A stretch of DNA of 29,411 bases from an uncultured Victivallales bacterium (GTDB taxonomy: Bacteria; Verrucomicrobiota; Kiritimatiellia; UBA8416; CAYOBW01). The notes under the pieces are model-generated. The model worked only from the letters and a program-made list of their open reading frames with translations, did not search any database and had not been told where the DNA came from. The stretch covers positions 1-29,411 of the forward strand of contig CAZKRK010000046.1 in the NCBI GenBank assembly GCA_964555035.1, in the 5' to 3' direction. Within the stretch, counting starts at the first letter, position 1; every line of letters starts with the position of its first letter. Both the position numbers and the translations under genes were made by a program. Positions 1 through 7,856 of the stretch are shown here, piece after piece.

Positions 1-2
1 TC

Positions 3-25
3 ACCTCTCCCCTCGGGGGAGAGGT
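3..25. other. Perfect hairpin at the window edge: 10-bp stem acctctcccc/ggggagaggt with loop tcg
   Basis: Read directly from the sequence. No U-tract follows. It could be a GC-type terminator of an upstream gene lying outside the window. Confidence 0.3.
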
Positions 26-132
26 CGGTCCGACGCAGGAGGACCGGGTGAGGGGGGAGGGCGGGAGACGCCCGCTCCGGCGGCCACAAAATCGCTGGGA
101 TCACCGCTCTGCCCATGTTACTCTGAGCGTCC

Positions 133-1581
133 ATGTCAAGCAGGAGACCGCCCATGAACCGTCCCCACTCTCGCCGCGCCTTTATGAAGCTTTCCGGGAT
201 CGGGGCGGCCGCACTGGCGCTGCCGGCCGCGGGCCGCGCACAGTCCGGCAAACGCCCACCGAACTTCGTGATCGTATTCCTAGACGATTCCGGCTGGGGG
301 GACTTCCGCCCGTTCGGCAAGCCGCAATACCCGACGCCCAACGTGGAGGAGCTTGCGCGGGGCGGGTGCCGTTTCAACCACTTCTGCGTACCGCAGGCCG
401 TCTGCTCCGCGTCACGTTCAGCGCTGATGACCGGCTGCTATCCCGGGCGCACCAAGGTGTTCGGCGCACACCCGCCGCGGGCCCGCGGCCTGGATCCGAA
501 ATTCGCCACCCTGGCGGAAGTGCTGAAGCCGAAGGGCTACAAGACCGCGGTCTTCGGCAAGTGGCATCTCGGCGATCAGCCCGACACGCGCCCGCCGGCG
601 CGAGGGTTCGACGAGTCCTGCGGCCTGATGTACTCCAACGACATGTGGAAGTACCATCCCGGCACGCGCCACTTCGACAAGTGGCCGCTCCAGTTCTGGG
701 ACAACGGCAAGATCACGATCGAAGACGTCACTCCCGAGGACCAGAAGAGCCTGACGAAGTGGTCCGCAGAGCACGCGGTGAGTTTCATCGAGCGGCACAA
801 GGACGAGCCGTTTCTCCTCTACGTCCCGCACTCCATGCCGCACGTTCCGCTCTTCTGCAGTGACGAGTTCGACGGCAAGTCGGGCCGGGGGCTGTACGCA
901 GACGTGATGATGGAGATCGACTGGTCCATGGGCGAAATCATGAAGGCGCTGAAGAAGGCCGGCATCGAAGACAATACGGTTGTCATGTTCACGTCCGACA
1001 ACGGCCCGTGGGTGTCTTACGGCAACCACGCCGGCGTTACGCCCTACCGCGAAGCCAAGGCCACCGGATTCGACGGCGGCATCCGTAGCGCCTGCATTGT
1101 CAAGTACCCGCCGCAAATCAAGGCGGGAACCACGTCCGAGCGTATGTTCAGTTCGCTCGACGTGCTGCCCACGTGCGCGGCCCTCGCCGGCGCGGAGCTG
1201 CCGAAAAACGAAGTCGACGGCAAGAACGTCTGGGATCTGATTACGGGCAAACCGGGCGCGTCGAATCCGCACGACTACTATCCCTTCTCAACCGGCGGTA
1301 CGTTTGAAGGCGTCATCGGCGGCGATGGGAAGTGGAAGCTGCACGTGCCCCATCGGTACCGGACGCTGGTGAAACCCGGCAACGACGGCAAGCCGGGCCA
1401 GTATAAGCAGGCGCGTATCGAACTCTCGCTGTTCGACATGGAAAACGACCCATACGAAACGACGAACGTGATCGACAAGCATCCGGAGGTCGCCAAAAAG
1501 CTGCAGGCCTACGCCGATGCACACAAGGCGAGATTCTACCGAAAATCGAAGCCCAAACCGAAAAGGAAAACCACCGGGTAG
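133..1581 (+). CDS. Formylglycine-dependent sulfatase (arylsulfatase family), TAT/Sec-exported
   Basis: The N-terminus SRRAFMKLSGIGAAALALPAAG is a twin-arginine-like signal. Sulfatase signature CSASRSALMTG (C-x-A/P-S-R) is present. FVIVFLDDSGWGD metal-binding motif is present. The C-terminal GKWKLH...ENDPYETTNV segment is typical of the family. The true start may be the internal Met at 154 (MNRPHSRRAF). Confidence 0.85.
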   Translation: MSSRRPPMNRPHSRRAFMKLSGIGAAALALPAAGRAQSGKRPPNFVIVFLDDSGWGDFRPFGKPQYPTPNVEELARGGCRFNHFCVPQAVCSASRSALMTGCYPGRTKVFGAHPPRARGLDPKFATLAEVLKPKGYKTAVFGKWHLGDQPDTRPPARGFDESCGLMYSNDMWKYHPGTRHFDKWPLQFWDNGKITIEDVTPEDQKSLTKWSAEHAVSFIERHKDEPFLLYVPHSMPHVPLFCSDEFDGKSGRGLYADVMMEIDWSMGEIMKALKKAGIEDNTVVMFTSDNGPWVSYGNHAGVTPYREAKATGFDGGIRSACIVKYPPQIKAGTTSERMFSSLDVLPTCAALAGAELPKNEVDGKNVWDLITGKPGASNPHDYYPFSTGGTFEGVIGGDGKWKLHVPHRYRTLVKPGNDGKPGQYKQARIELSLFDMENDPYETTNVIDKHPEVAKKLQAYADAHKARFYRKSKPKPKRKTTG

Positions 1582-1890
1582 CCCCCGTTCTGGCACTTCC
1601 CCAACACCTACGATCAACCGCCCTACAGCTCGGTGCGCAAAGGCGACTGGAAACTGATCTACCAGCACGTCACCCGGAAACTGGAGCTGTACAACCTTCG
1701 CGAGGATATCGGCGAGAAGAACAACCGTGCGCAGAGCAACCCGGCGAAGTTGAAGGAGTTGGCGGGCGCGCTGAGCGAACACCTGCGGGCATGCGGCGCC
1801 CCCATGTCGATCGACAAGGCTACAGGGAAGCGCATCGAGTACCCGTCGGAACTCTCAGTGGGCCGGATTTGTAATCCGGCCGAGAGATAG
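1582..1890 (+). pseudogene. 3'-terminal remnant (about 100 aa) of a second sulfatase gene, in frame just after the TAG of the upstream sulfatase
   Basis: The translation PPFWHFPNTYDQPPYSSVRKGDWKLIYQHV...LELYNLREDIGEKNNRAQSNPAKLKELAGAL matches the conserved sulfatase C-terminal subdomain (FWHxP, GDWKLI, LYNLxxDxxExNN). No N-terminal catalytic part is present. Its last codons and stop lie inside the TIR of the adjacent MITE-like element. Confidence 0.6.
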
Positions 1891-1984
1891 TCGAGGATGT
1901 TATCGAGAATGAACGGACCAAGGTCAGGCCATTCTCCCGGCATGCTCCACATTCTCTCGGCCGGATTACAAATCCGGCCCACTG
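1856..1984. repeat. MITE-like element with perfect 32-bp terminal inverted repeats (1856-1887 and 1953-1984), each carrying an inner 9-bp-stem hairpin ggccggatt-tgt-aatccggcc
   Basis: IR-L cagtgggccggatttgtaatccggccgagaga is the exact reverse complement of IR-R tctctcggccggattacaaatccggcccactg. The spacer is 65 bp. The element sits between two convergent sulfatase remnants. Confidence 0.75.
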
Positions 1985-2032
1985 AAGACGCACATGATTT
2001 GGGCGGTATCCGTCATTCCGCCGCGCTCCCGG

Positions 2033-2669
2033 TCACCGCTTCTTCTTGCGCGGCTTGCGTTGGCGCAACGGCGTGTTGTCCTCCGGCACCTTGAGCTCTT
2101 TGCGCAACCGGTGCAGCTCCGCCAGCAGCTCCTTCCGGACGGAGGCGTATTCGGGTTTGCCGTAGACGCTGTTGAGCTCGTTCGGGTCTTTCTCAAGGTC
2201 GAACAGCTCCCACTCCTTCAGTTGGTAGTAGTGGATCAGTTTGTGGTTGCCGGTGGTGACGCCGTAGTGCCGCGCCACGCTGTGGGCGCCCGGGAACTCG
2301 TAGTAGTGGTAATAGAACGACTTTCGCCAGTCCTCCGGCGTCCGTCCCTTGAAGAGCGGCACGAGGCTGCGTCCCTGCATGTCGGCCGGGACAGGCACAC
2401 CCGCCAGGTCGAGAAACGTCTCGGCTTGGCCCGCAGATGGAGTTGGTGACGTGACAGCGCGTGAACTTCATGCCGCCCTTGGCGATGCGGTCCATGTTGG
2501 GCGTCGTCATGCGCGTGGGGTCGTACGCGCTCAACGCCTGCTCGCAGTGGTCATCGGTGAAGATGAAGATGATGTTGGGTCGCTTGTCCTTGCCGACGGC
2601 GCGCGCCACGCCGCTAGCCAGTCCTGCCGTTCCCACCATCGCTGTCTTCATGAAATCACGTCGGTTCAT
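2033..2669 (-). pseudogene. Sulfatase pseudogene with an internal deletion of about 0.85-0.9 kb and a +1 frame change
   Basis: The N-terminal frame gives a TAT signal ([18 protein letters not shown]), [10 protein letters not shown] and the active-site motif [12 protein letters not shown]. At about 2421 the reading frame switches directly into [26 protein letters not shown]...[14 protein letters not shown]. That is the C-terminal PTLLDLAG/DGxSL/LYNLxxDPxE region of sulfatases. The locus is 637 bp, against about 1.4 kb for an intact gene. Confidence 0.7.
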
Positions 2670-2685
2670 GATATGTTCCCTTTCC

Positions 2686-2774
2686 GTAGAACCGTTCTCC
2701 AGGACGGTTCCAATCCGCGCGCGTTTGCAGTACCCCCTCAGGCTCTGCCGAACCGTCCTGGAGAACGGTTCTAC
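2686..2774. repeat. Inverted-repeat element with perfect 25-bp TIRs (gtagaaccgttctccaggacggttc), each with an inner 7-bp-stem hairpin gaaccgt/acggttc
   Basis: 2686-2710 is the exact reverse complement of 2750-2774, and the spacer is 39 bp. It lies between the tolC stop and the sulfatase pseudogene start. It may double as the transcription terminator of the macB-tolC operon. Confidence 0.65.
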
Positions 2775-2782
2775 AAGACAGC

Positions 2783-4111
2783 CTACCGCCCAACCGCGAA
2801 TTCGTACTCGCTCAACAGTTCCATGTACGTGGTCTGCAGGTTGATGAGCCTGATGCGGCTGTTTTCGAGGTCGTTCTGACTGCGGACGTATTCGAGGATG
2901 TCGATTTCGCCGTTGTCCCAGCGGTCGGCGTAGAGCTCGGCGCGCAGCTCGGAGACCTCGATTTTATCCTGCTGGATCCGGACAAGCTGCAGGGTCTCCT
3001 TGATGCGGCGGGCAAGTTCGCGGATGGACTTGATCCTGGATTGCTTAAGATCGTCGATAGCGATTTCGTCCGAGGCAATTTCGGTTGCGACTTTTCTGCT
3101 CTTGAGCCGCTCGGTCATGCTGCCCGGCTCCCACGAGAACGCCAACCCGACGGCGGTTTCGGTGTCGCCGTCCAGACCGAAGCCGTCCTCGCTGTCGCGG
3201 CCGGTCGTGGCCGAGAGCGTCACCTTCGGCCAACGGCGGGCGCGCTGCACGGGCAGTTCGTTTTCGCGTTGCTTCTTCTCGAGCTGCGCGTTGAGGATGT
3301 CCTCGTGGTTGGTTACTGCGAAAGCGGTATCCGCCCCGACATCGAGCTTGTGTTCGGCGAATTCGAAAGAGGCGTCGATTTCGATGTCCCGCGCGACATC
3401 CATGCCGATCAGTAGCTTCAGCTCGTCGAGCGCCGACTGTATCTGGCGCCTGGCCCGCAGGACCCCGGCTTCGGACTCGGGCACCTCGATCTTGGCCGTG
3501 GCGATGTCGAGGGGCCGTTCTCTCTCCAGGGCGTGCTCGAGGTTCTTACGTGAGCGCGCCAGCTTGAGCTCGTTGATGCGCAGGGTCTGGTGGTTGCGAA
3601 TCAGGCCGTAGTAGTCCTGCTTTACGCGGTAGACCAGCTCGCGTTCGTACTTGCGGACCTTGTTGCGTTCGATAAGCTCGCCGAGAATGCTGTTGTCGAT
3701 CTCCAGCATGGATTCCCGCCACGAGCCGCCGCCGACGATGACCTTCGAGAGCTTGAGGGAGAGGTTGGCGCTTTCCGTCTCGTCATCGCCGCTGTCTTCG
3801 CGCGTGGCCTTGCCCGTAGCCGAGGCCGTGATGCCGGCGGGAAGCTCCTGCTTGACCGTGGCGGATGCGCCGAGCTCGTCTTCATCGATGCCGCGGTCGG
3901 CGGATCCGCTGAGCGTCGGCCGGAACTTGCCGCGACGGATGTGCGTTGTCAGTTCCTGTCCGTCGAGAGCCAGCCGCCGCTTGGCCAACTCGCGCGAATG
4001 GCTCACCGCGTAGTCGGTGCAATCCTCGAGGGTCATGGCGTCCCGCGCCGAAACCGGCGCAAGCGAAACCAGCAGGGTCAGGATTGCGGCTGTGACCGGT
4101 CGCTTACTCAT
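2783..4111 (-). CDS. TolC-family outer-membrane efflux protein (OEP)
   Basis: There is a signal peptide [22 protein letters not shown]. The protein has alpha-helical coiled-coil-rich OEP repeats ([25 protein letters not shown]... and [19 protein letters not shown]). Its start overlaps the macB stop (TATGAGTAA), which indicates translational coupling. Confidence 0.8.
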   Translation of the reverse strand: MSKRPVTAAILTLLVSLAPVSARDAMTLEDCTDYAVSHSRELAKRRLALDGQELTTHIRRGKFRPTLSGSADRGIDEDELGASATVKQELPAGITASATGKATREDSGDDETESANLSLKLSKVIVGGGSWRESMLEIDNSILGELIERNKVRKYERELVYRVKQDYYGLIRNHQTLRINELKLARSRKNLEHALERERPLDIATAKIEVPESEAGVLRARRQIQSALDELKLLIGMDVARDIEIDASFEFAEHKLDVGADTAFAVTNHEDILNAQLEKKQRENELPVQRARRWPKVTLSATTGRDSEDGFGLDGDTETAVGLAFSWEPGSMTERLKSRKVATEIASDEIAIDDLKQSRIKSIRELARRIKETLQLVRIQQDKIEVSELRAELYADRWDNGEIDILEYVRSQNDLENSRIRLINLQTTYMELLSEYEFAVGR

Positions 4112-6113
4112 ATCTCAACGCCTCAACGGGGTTCTCGGCGGCGGCCTGGGCCGCGGGGTAGATGCCAAACAGCAGGCCGGTCGCCGTCGATGCCAGAACC
4201 GAAAGCAGAACCATTGTCGGTGAGATCACGATCGGCAAGTCGAAAAACGTGCAGGTCGCGGCCACCACGGCGAAGGCGAGCAGGATTCCCGCAAACCCGC
4301 CGGTCACGGCGATGACCACGGACTCGGACAAAAACTGGTAGAGTATGTCCTGTCGCGTGCCGCCCACGGCGCGGCGGATGCCGATCTCCCGTGTGCGTTC
4401 CGTTACGGACGCCAACATGATGTTCATGATGCCGATGCCGCCGACCACGAGTGCGATGGAGGAAATGCATATCGTCAGAATGTCGAGCAACCGCTGCGAC
4501 TGCTGCTTCTGCTTCAAGAGATCGAGGGGCACCACAAGCTGAAAATCCTCCTGCCCGGCGTGAGTGGCATGCAGCAGCCGCCGGATGGCGACGCCGGCTT
4601 CGCGCAGGATGTCCTCGTCCTCCAGTTGGAGGTGGATTTCATCGATCTCGCTGCGCATATCGAGATGTCGCGTACGCGTGAGAATCGTGCGCAGGGGTAT
4701 GAGCAGATCGTAGTTCGCGTCGCTCACCCCCGTGGCTTCCAGTCCGGCGGTGTCGACCTGCCGGTTGGCCAGAACGCCGACAACGAGATACGGGTTGCCC
4801 CCGAGCAGAATCTGCCTGCCGATGATGCCGTCACGTCCCAGGCGTTCGGCAATGGCATGGCCCAACACGGCCACGCGCGCGCTGCGGGCCTGGTCGTCAG
4901 CGTCCGCGAAGCGGCCCTCTGCCAGCGACAGGTTGTTGACCGTCAGGTAGTCGCCGAAGACCCCGACGATTCGCGGTGACACCGGGCGCGCACTTTCGGT
5001 CACGAGGTTCAGCTTCACCTCCCGTGACGCCGCGGCCTTCTCTACCCCGGGGACACGCTCGACGATCTGCTCCATGTCCAGGAGGGAGAGCCCCTTCGAT
5101 CCGGCGATGCGGGTCTGCGACAGCTTCTCGCCTTCGAGGCGGCTGTCGGTTACGCGCACCAGGTTGGCCCCCAGAGCGCGGATCTGGTCGGCCTGCTTTT
5201 GCTTGCTGCCGAGCGAGAAGGATGACATGGCGATGACGCCCGCCACGGCGATGACGATGCCCAGCATCGTCAACGCCGTGCGCATCTTGTGGGCGAGAAG
5301 ACCTTCGCGAATACCGATGCGCAGCAGGTCCGCGAAGTGGATACCCCGGCGGCGCACCCGTTCTCCGGTCGCACGCGTCGCCTTGTGGCTGACCTTGCGC
5401 TTGCCGGGCACGTCTTCCACGACCAGCCCGTCGCGCATCACGATCTTCCGTGTTCCCGCATCGGCGAACTTGGCGTCGTGCGTCACCATGACGATCGTGT
5501 AGCCCTTGGCGTGGAGGTCGTAGAGCACGTCCAGGATCTCCTTGCCTGTGCGCGAGTCGAGGTTTCCGGTCGGTTCGTCGGCGAGGATGATGTCCGGCTC
5601 GTTCACGAGTGCACGGGCAATGGCCACGCGTTGGGCCTGTCCGCCGGAGAGCTCGCCCGGGCGGTGTTCGAGACGGTGTCCCAGTCCGAGCCGGTCAGCG
5701 TACTCGCAAGCGCGTTCGAGACGCGTGCGGCGGTTGATCCCGCTGTACACTTCAGCCAGGGCGACGTTCTCTTCTACCGTCAGGCCGCCGAGCAGGTTGA
5801 ATTGCTGAAAAACGAATCCCACGCGCTGGTTGCGTACCTGCGACAAACGTCCGTCCTCCAGCGCGGACACATCCTCACCGTCGAGAAGATACTCGCCCGA
5901 GCTGGGCACATCGAGACAACCCAGGATATGCATCAGCGTTGACTTGCCCGACCCGGAGCTGCCCATGATGACGACGAACTCGCCGCGGCGTATGTCGAGG
6001 TCGACCCCGTCGAGAGCCCGCACGACGTGCTCGCCCATGGTGTAGTGCCGCCGAATGCCGCGCAGCCGCATCAGCGGCGCGGCGGCGGAATCGGATGATG
6101 GAGGCGTGGGCAT
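4104..6113 (-). CDS. macB: MacB-type ABC transporter, fused ATPase plus FtsX-like permease
   Basis: The N-terminal ABC domain carries Walker [10 protein letters not shown], the signature [15 protein letters not shown] and Walker [13 protein letters not shown] helix is followed by a long periplasmic domain. The C-terminal FtsX permease segment reads [25 protein letters not shown]. The 669-aa length fits the MacB architecture. The likely true start is an internal Met ([10 protein letters not shown], about 6071). Confidence 0.85.
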   Translation of the reverse strand: MPTPPSSDSAAAPLMRLRGIRRHYTMGEHVVRALDGVDLDIRRGEFVVIMGSSGSGKSTLMHILGCLDVPSSGEYLLDGEDVSALEDGRLSQVRNQRVGFVFQQFNLLGGLTVEENVALAEVYSGINRRTRLERACEYADRLGLGHRLEHRPGELSGGQAQRVAIARALVNEPDIILADEPTGNLDSRTGKEILDVLYDLHAKGYTIVMVTHDAKFADAGTRKIVMRDGLVVEDVPGKRKVSHKATRATGERVRRRGIHFADLLRIGIREGLLAHKMRTALTMLGIVIAVAGVIAMSSFSLGSKQKQADQIRALGANLVRVTDSRLEGEKLSQTRIAGSKGLSLLDMEQIVERVPGVEKAAASREVKLNLVTESARPVSPRIVGVFGDYLTVNNLSLAEGRFADADDQARSARVAVLGHAIAERLGRDGIIGRQILLGGNPYLVVGVLANRQVDTAGLEATGVSDANYDLLIPLRTILTRTRHLDMRSEIDEIHLQLEDEDILREAGVAIRRLLHATHAGQEDFQLVVPLDLLKQKQQSQRLLDILTICISSIALVVGGIGIMNIMLASVTERTREIGIRRAVGGTRQDILYQFLSESVVIAVTGGFAGILLAFAVVAATCTFFDLPIVISPTMVLLSVLASTATGLLFGIYPAAQAAAENPVEALRYE

Positions 6114-6239
6114 GGGGCCTGCAGGAGGTGGGTGGGGCCAAAACCGATCTGACAGATCGGTCGGATCCGTCGGATCGGCCGGGCCAAATGGGCGCAGGTG
6201 CGGGACGCGACGCGTCCCGCATCTGCGCAGATGGTCGGT
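6114..6239. promoter_or_regulatory. Palindrome-dense region upstream of macB
   Basis: It contains ccgatctgacagatcgg (6144-6160) and tcggatc direct repeats. It also contains the 21-bp palindrome gcgggacgcg-a-cgcgtcccgc (6200-6220) and the 12-bp perfect palindrome atctgcgcagat (6221-6232). These are candidate operator or terminator structures. Confidence 0.4.
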
Positions 6240-7589
6240 CTAGCCGTTGAGCGGCCAGCCCTCGCGGTACTTGCGCTTGAAGCAAAGATCCTTCTCCGCT
6301 TCGGGCAAGTTCGTGATACGACCGGTCTTGGGATTGTACTCGATCTTCTTGCCCATGCGGTAGGCCACGAGGCCGAGCATGATGGACTCGAGCATCTTGC
6401 CGGAGTAGTCGAAGTCGCAGGATGTCTTGAGGTCGCCCTTGCAGGCTTTGACCCACTCGCCCTGGAAGTGACCCAGGTTCGGGATCATCTTCTCCTTCTC
6501 ACGCCGGTTGTAGTAGCTCATGTCCGCACTGTCGCCGAACGGAATAAGGAGACGGGACCTGAAATCGCAGATCAGGAAGCCCTTGTCGCCCTTGTACATC
6601 GCGCCGTGGCCGATCTTGTTGACGTCGACCCAGGATCTCGGCGACTTCGGCATCGCGCCACCCTGGTACCAGCTCATACCGATCTCCGGCCGCCAGTCGT
6701 TGGCGGGAAGCTTGCAGTGGACCTCGAGCTTGACCGGTGAAACTTCCGGATTGAACTTCTCGCCCTTGGCGGTGGCCTCGGTTGCGACGTCGGCATCCAG
6801 CGGGTTGAAGCAAAGATCCAGCGTGTGGCTGCCCATATCGCCGATCTGCCCTGTGCCGAAGTCCCAGTACATGTTCCACTTCAGGCAGTTTGCGCCGGGG
6901 CCGCCCGAGAAGTACTCCGGGTGGTAGGGATGGTACGGCGCCGGTCCGAGCCACAGGTCGTAATGCAGGTGGGGAGGCGGCTCGCCCTTGGCCGGATGAT
7001 AGCCGGGCTTCGGAATCTTGCGGTTGCCCCAGGCGTAGGCATGCTTCAGCTCGCCGATGGCTCCGTCCACGATCAGCTCACGGACGCGGTTGAAGTTGGG
7101 GCCGGCGTGGCGCTGCGTGCCGATCTGCGTCGCGAGCTTGTCCTTTTTCTCGTTATAGAGCTCGCGGACCGCGCGACACTCTTCAACGCTGATACCGATC
7201 GGCTTCTCCATGTAGACGTGGAGGTCGCGATTCAGCGCCCATGCGGAAATGTGCGCATGCGTGTGGTCGGGCGTGCAGCAGAGGATCGCATCGAGATTGA
7301 GACTCTTGTCGTCAAGCAGCTTGCGCCAGTCGATATACGTCTTTGCCTTGGGGAACTTCTTGTGCGCCGAGGCGAGGTGGTTCTCGTTAATGTCGCACAG
7401 CGCCACGACATTCTCGCTCTTGATCGAGCCTTGGTGTGCCAGGCCGCGACCCCAGACGCCGATCAGCCCGACGTTGAGCTTGTTGCTGGGAGCGTTCTGC
7501 CCGAACACCGAGATGCTCGGCAGAATGAGAGCCCCGGCTCCCGTGACAGTTGACCGCTGCAGGAATTGACGTCGGTTCATGGTGTGCAC
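6240..7589 (-). CDS. Gfo/Idh/MocA-family NAD(P)-dependent oxidoreductase with a TAT signal
   Basis: The N-terminus contains a TAT signal MNRRQFLQRSTVTGAGALILPS. The Rossmann motif is LNVGLIGVWGRG. The catalytic region is EKPIGISVEE. This family is abundant in Planctomycetota-type genomes. Confidence 0.85.
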   Translation of the reverse strand: MHTMNRRQFLQRSTVTGAGALILPSISVFGQNAPSNKLNVGLIGVWGRGLAHQGSIKSENVVALCDINENHLASAHKKFPKAKTYIDWRKLLDDKSLNLDAILCCTPDHTHAHISAWALNRDLHVYMEKPIGISVEECRAVRELYNEKKDKLATQIGTQRHAGPNFNRVRELIVDGAIGELKHAYAWGNRKIPKPGYHPAKGEPPPHLHYDLWLGPAPYHPYHPEYFSGGPGANCLKWNMYWDFGTGQIGDMGSHTLDLCFNPLDADVATEATAKGEKFNPEVSPVKLEVHCKLPANDWRPEIGMSWYQGGAMPKSPRSWVDVNKIGHGAMYKGDKGFLICDFRSRLLIPFGDSADMSYYNRREKEKMIPNLGHFQGEWVKACKGDLKTSCDFDYSGKMLESIMLGLVAYRMGKKIEYNPKTGRITNLPEAEKDLCFKRKYREGWPLNG

Positions 7590-7738
7590 TCCTTGTAGGT
7601 TACTGGGGTTCCTGGTCCCTCCCGGACAAGAAATCGGATACTAACGAAAAGGAGCCGAACAAATCAAGCACCGGTTCGCTGAGTCCGCGGCCGCGGGCGC
7701 ATCTCGATCTGCTGCACTTGCCGAGTGGCCCCCACCGG

Positions 7739-7784
7739 GATAAGCCCGGCGGGGGGGCCTCGGCAAATGCAACAAATCGGCGCC
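7739..7784 (+). promoter_or_regulatory. About 45-bp upstream motif (gataagcccggcgggg...aaatgcaacaaat) 72 bp before the helicase ATG
   Basis: The motif recurs at 17775-17824, upstream of the lipoprotein gene. It shares the identical 13-mer aagcccggcgggg and an aaRtgcaRcaaat block. The spacing to the ATG is nearly the same (72 vs 68 bp). Confidence 0.4.
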
Positions 7785-7856
7785 ATTGTCAATCCGCCCC
7801 GTTTGTGCCATTTTTCGAGCATTGTGAAGACCTCCACCGAGAACATTGCGGCCGGG

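Noticed and set aside
1579-1581. In-frame TAG between the intact sulfatase and the downstream sulfatase-like 100-aa segment, which could be stop-codon readthrough or recoding
   Set aside because: The upstream gene already contains its own complete C-terminal subdomain (GKWKLH...ENDPYETTNV). The downstream piece is therefore a second, redundant C-terminus from another paralogue. A remnant in a coincidentally matching frame is the simpler explanation.
418-1782. Long minus-strand ORFs (418-1272, 1288-1782) overlapping the sulfatase gene
   Set aside because: They are antisense shadow ORFs, typical of very GC-rich DNA. They have no recognisable motifs and an Arg/Ala-rich low-complexity composition.
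6114-7856. A missing macA adaptor gene or a small regulator ORF hidden in the macB or helicase upstream regions
   Set aside because: The 126-bp and 267-bp intergenic regions are too short and have no plausible ORF. They are treated as regulatory DNA only.
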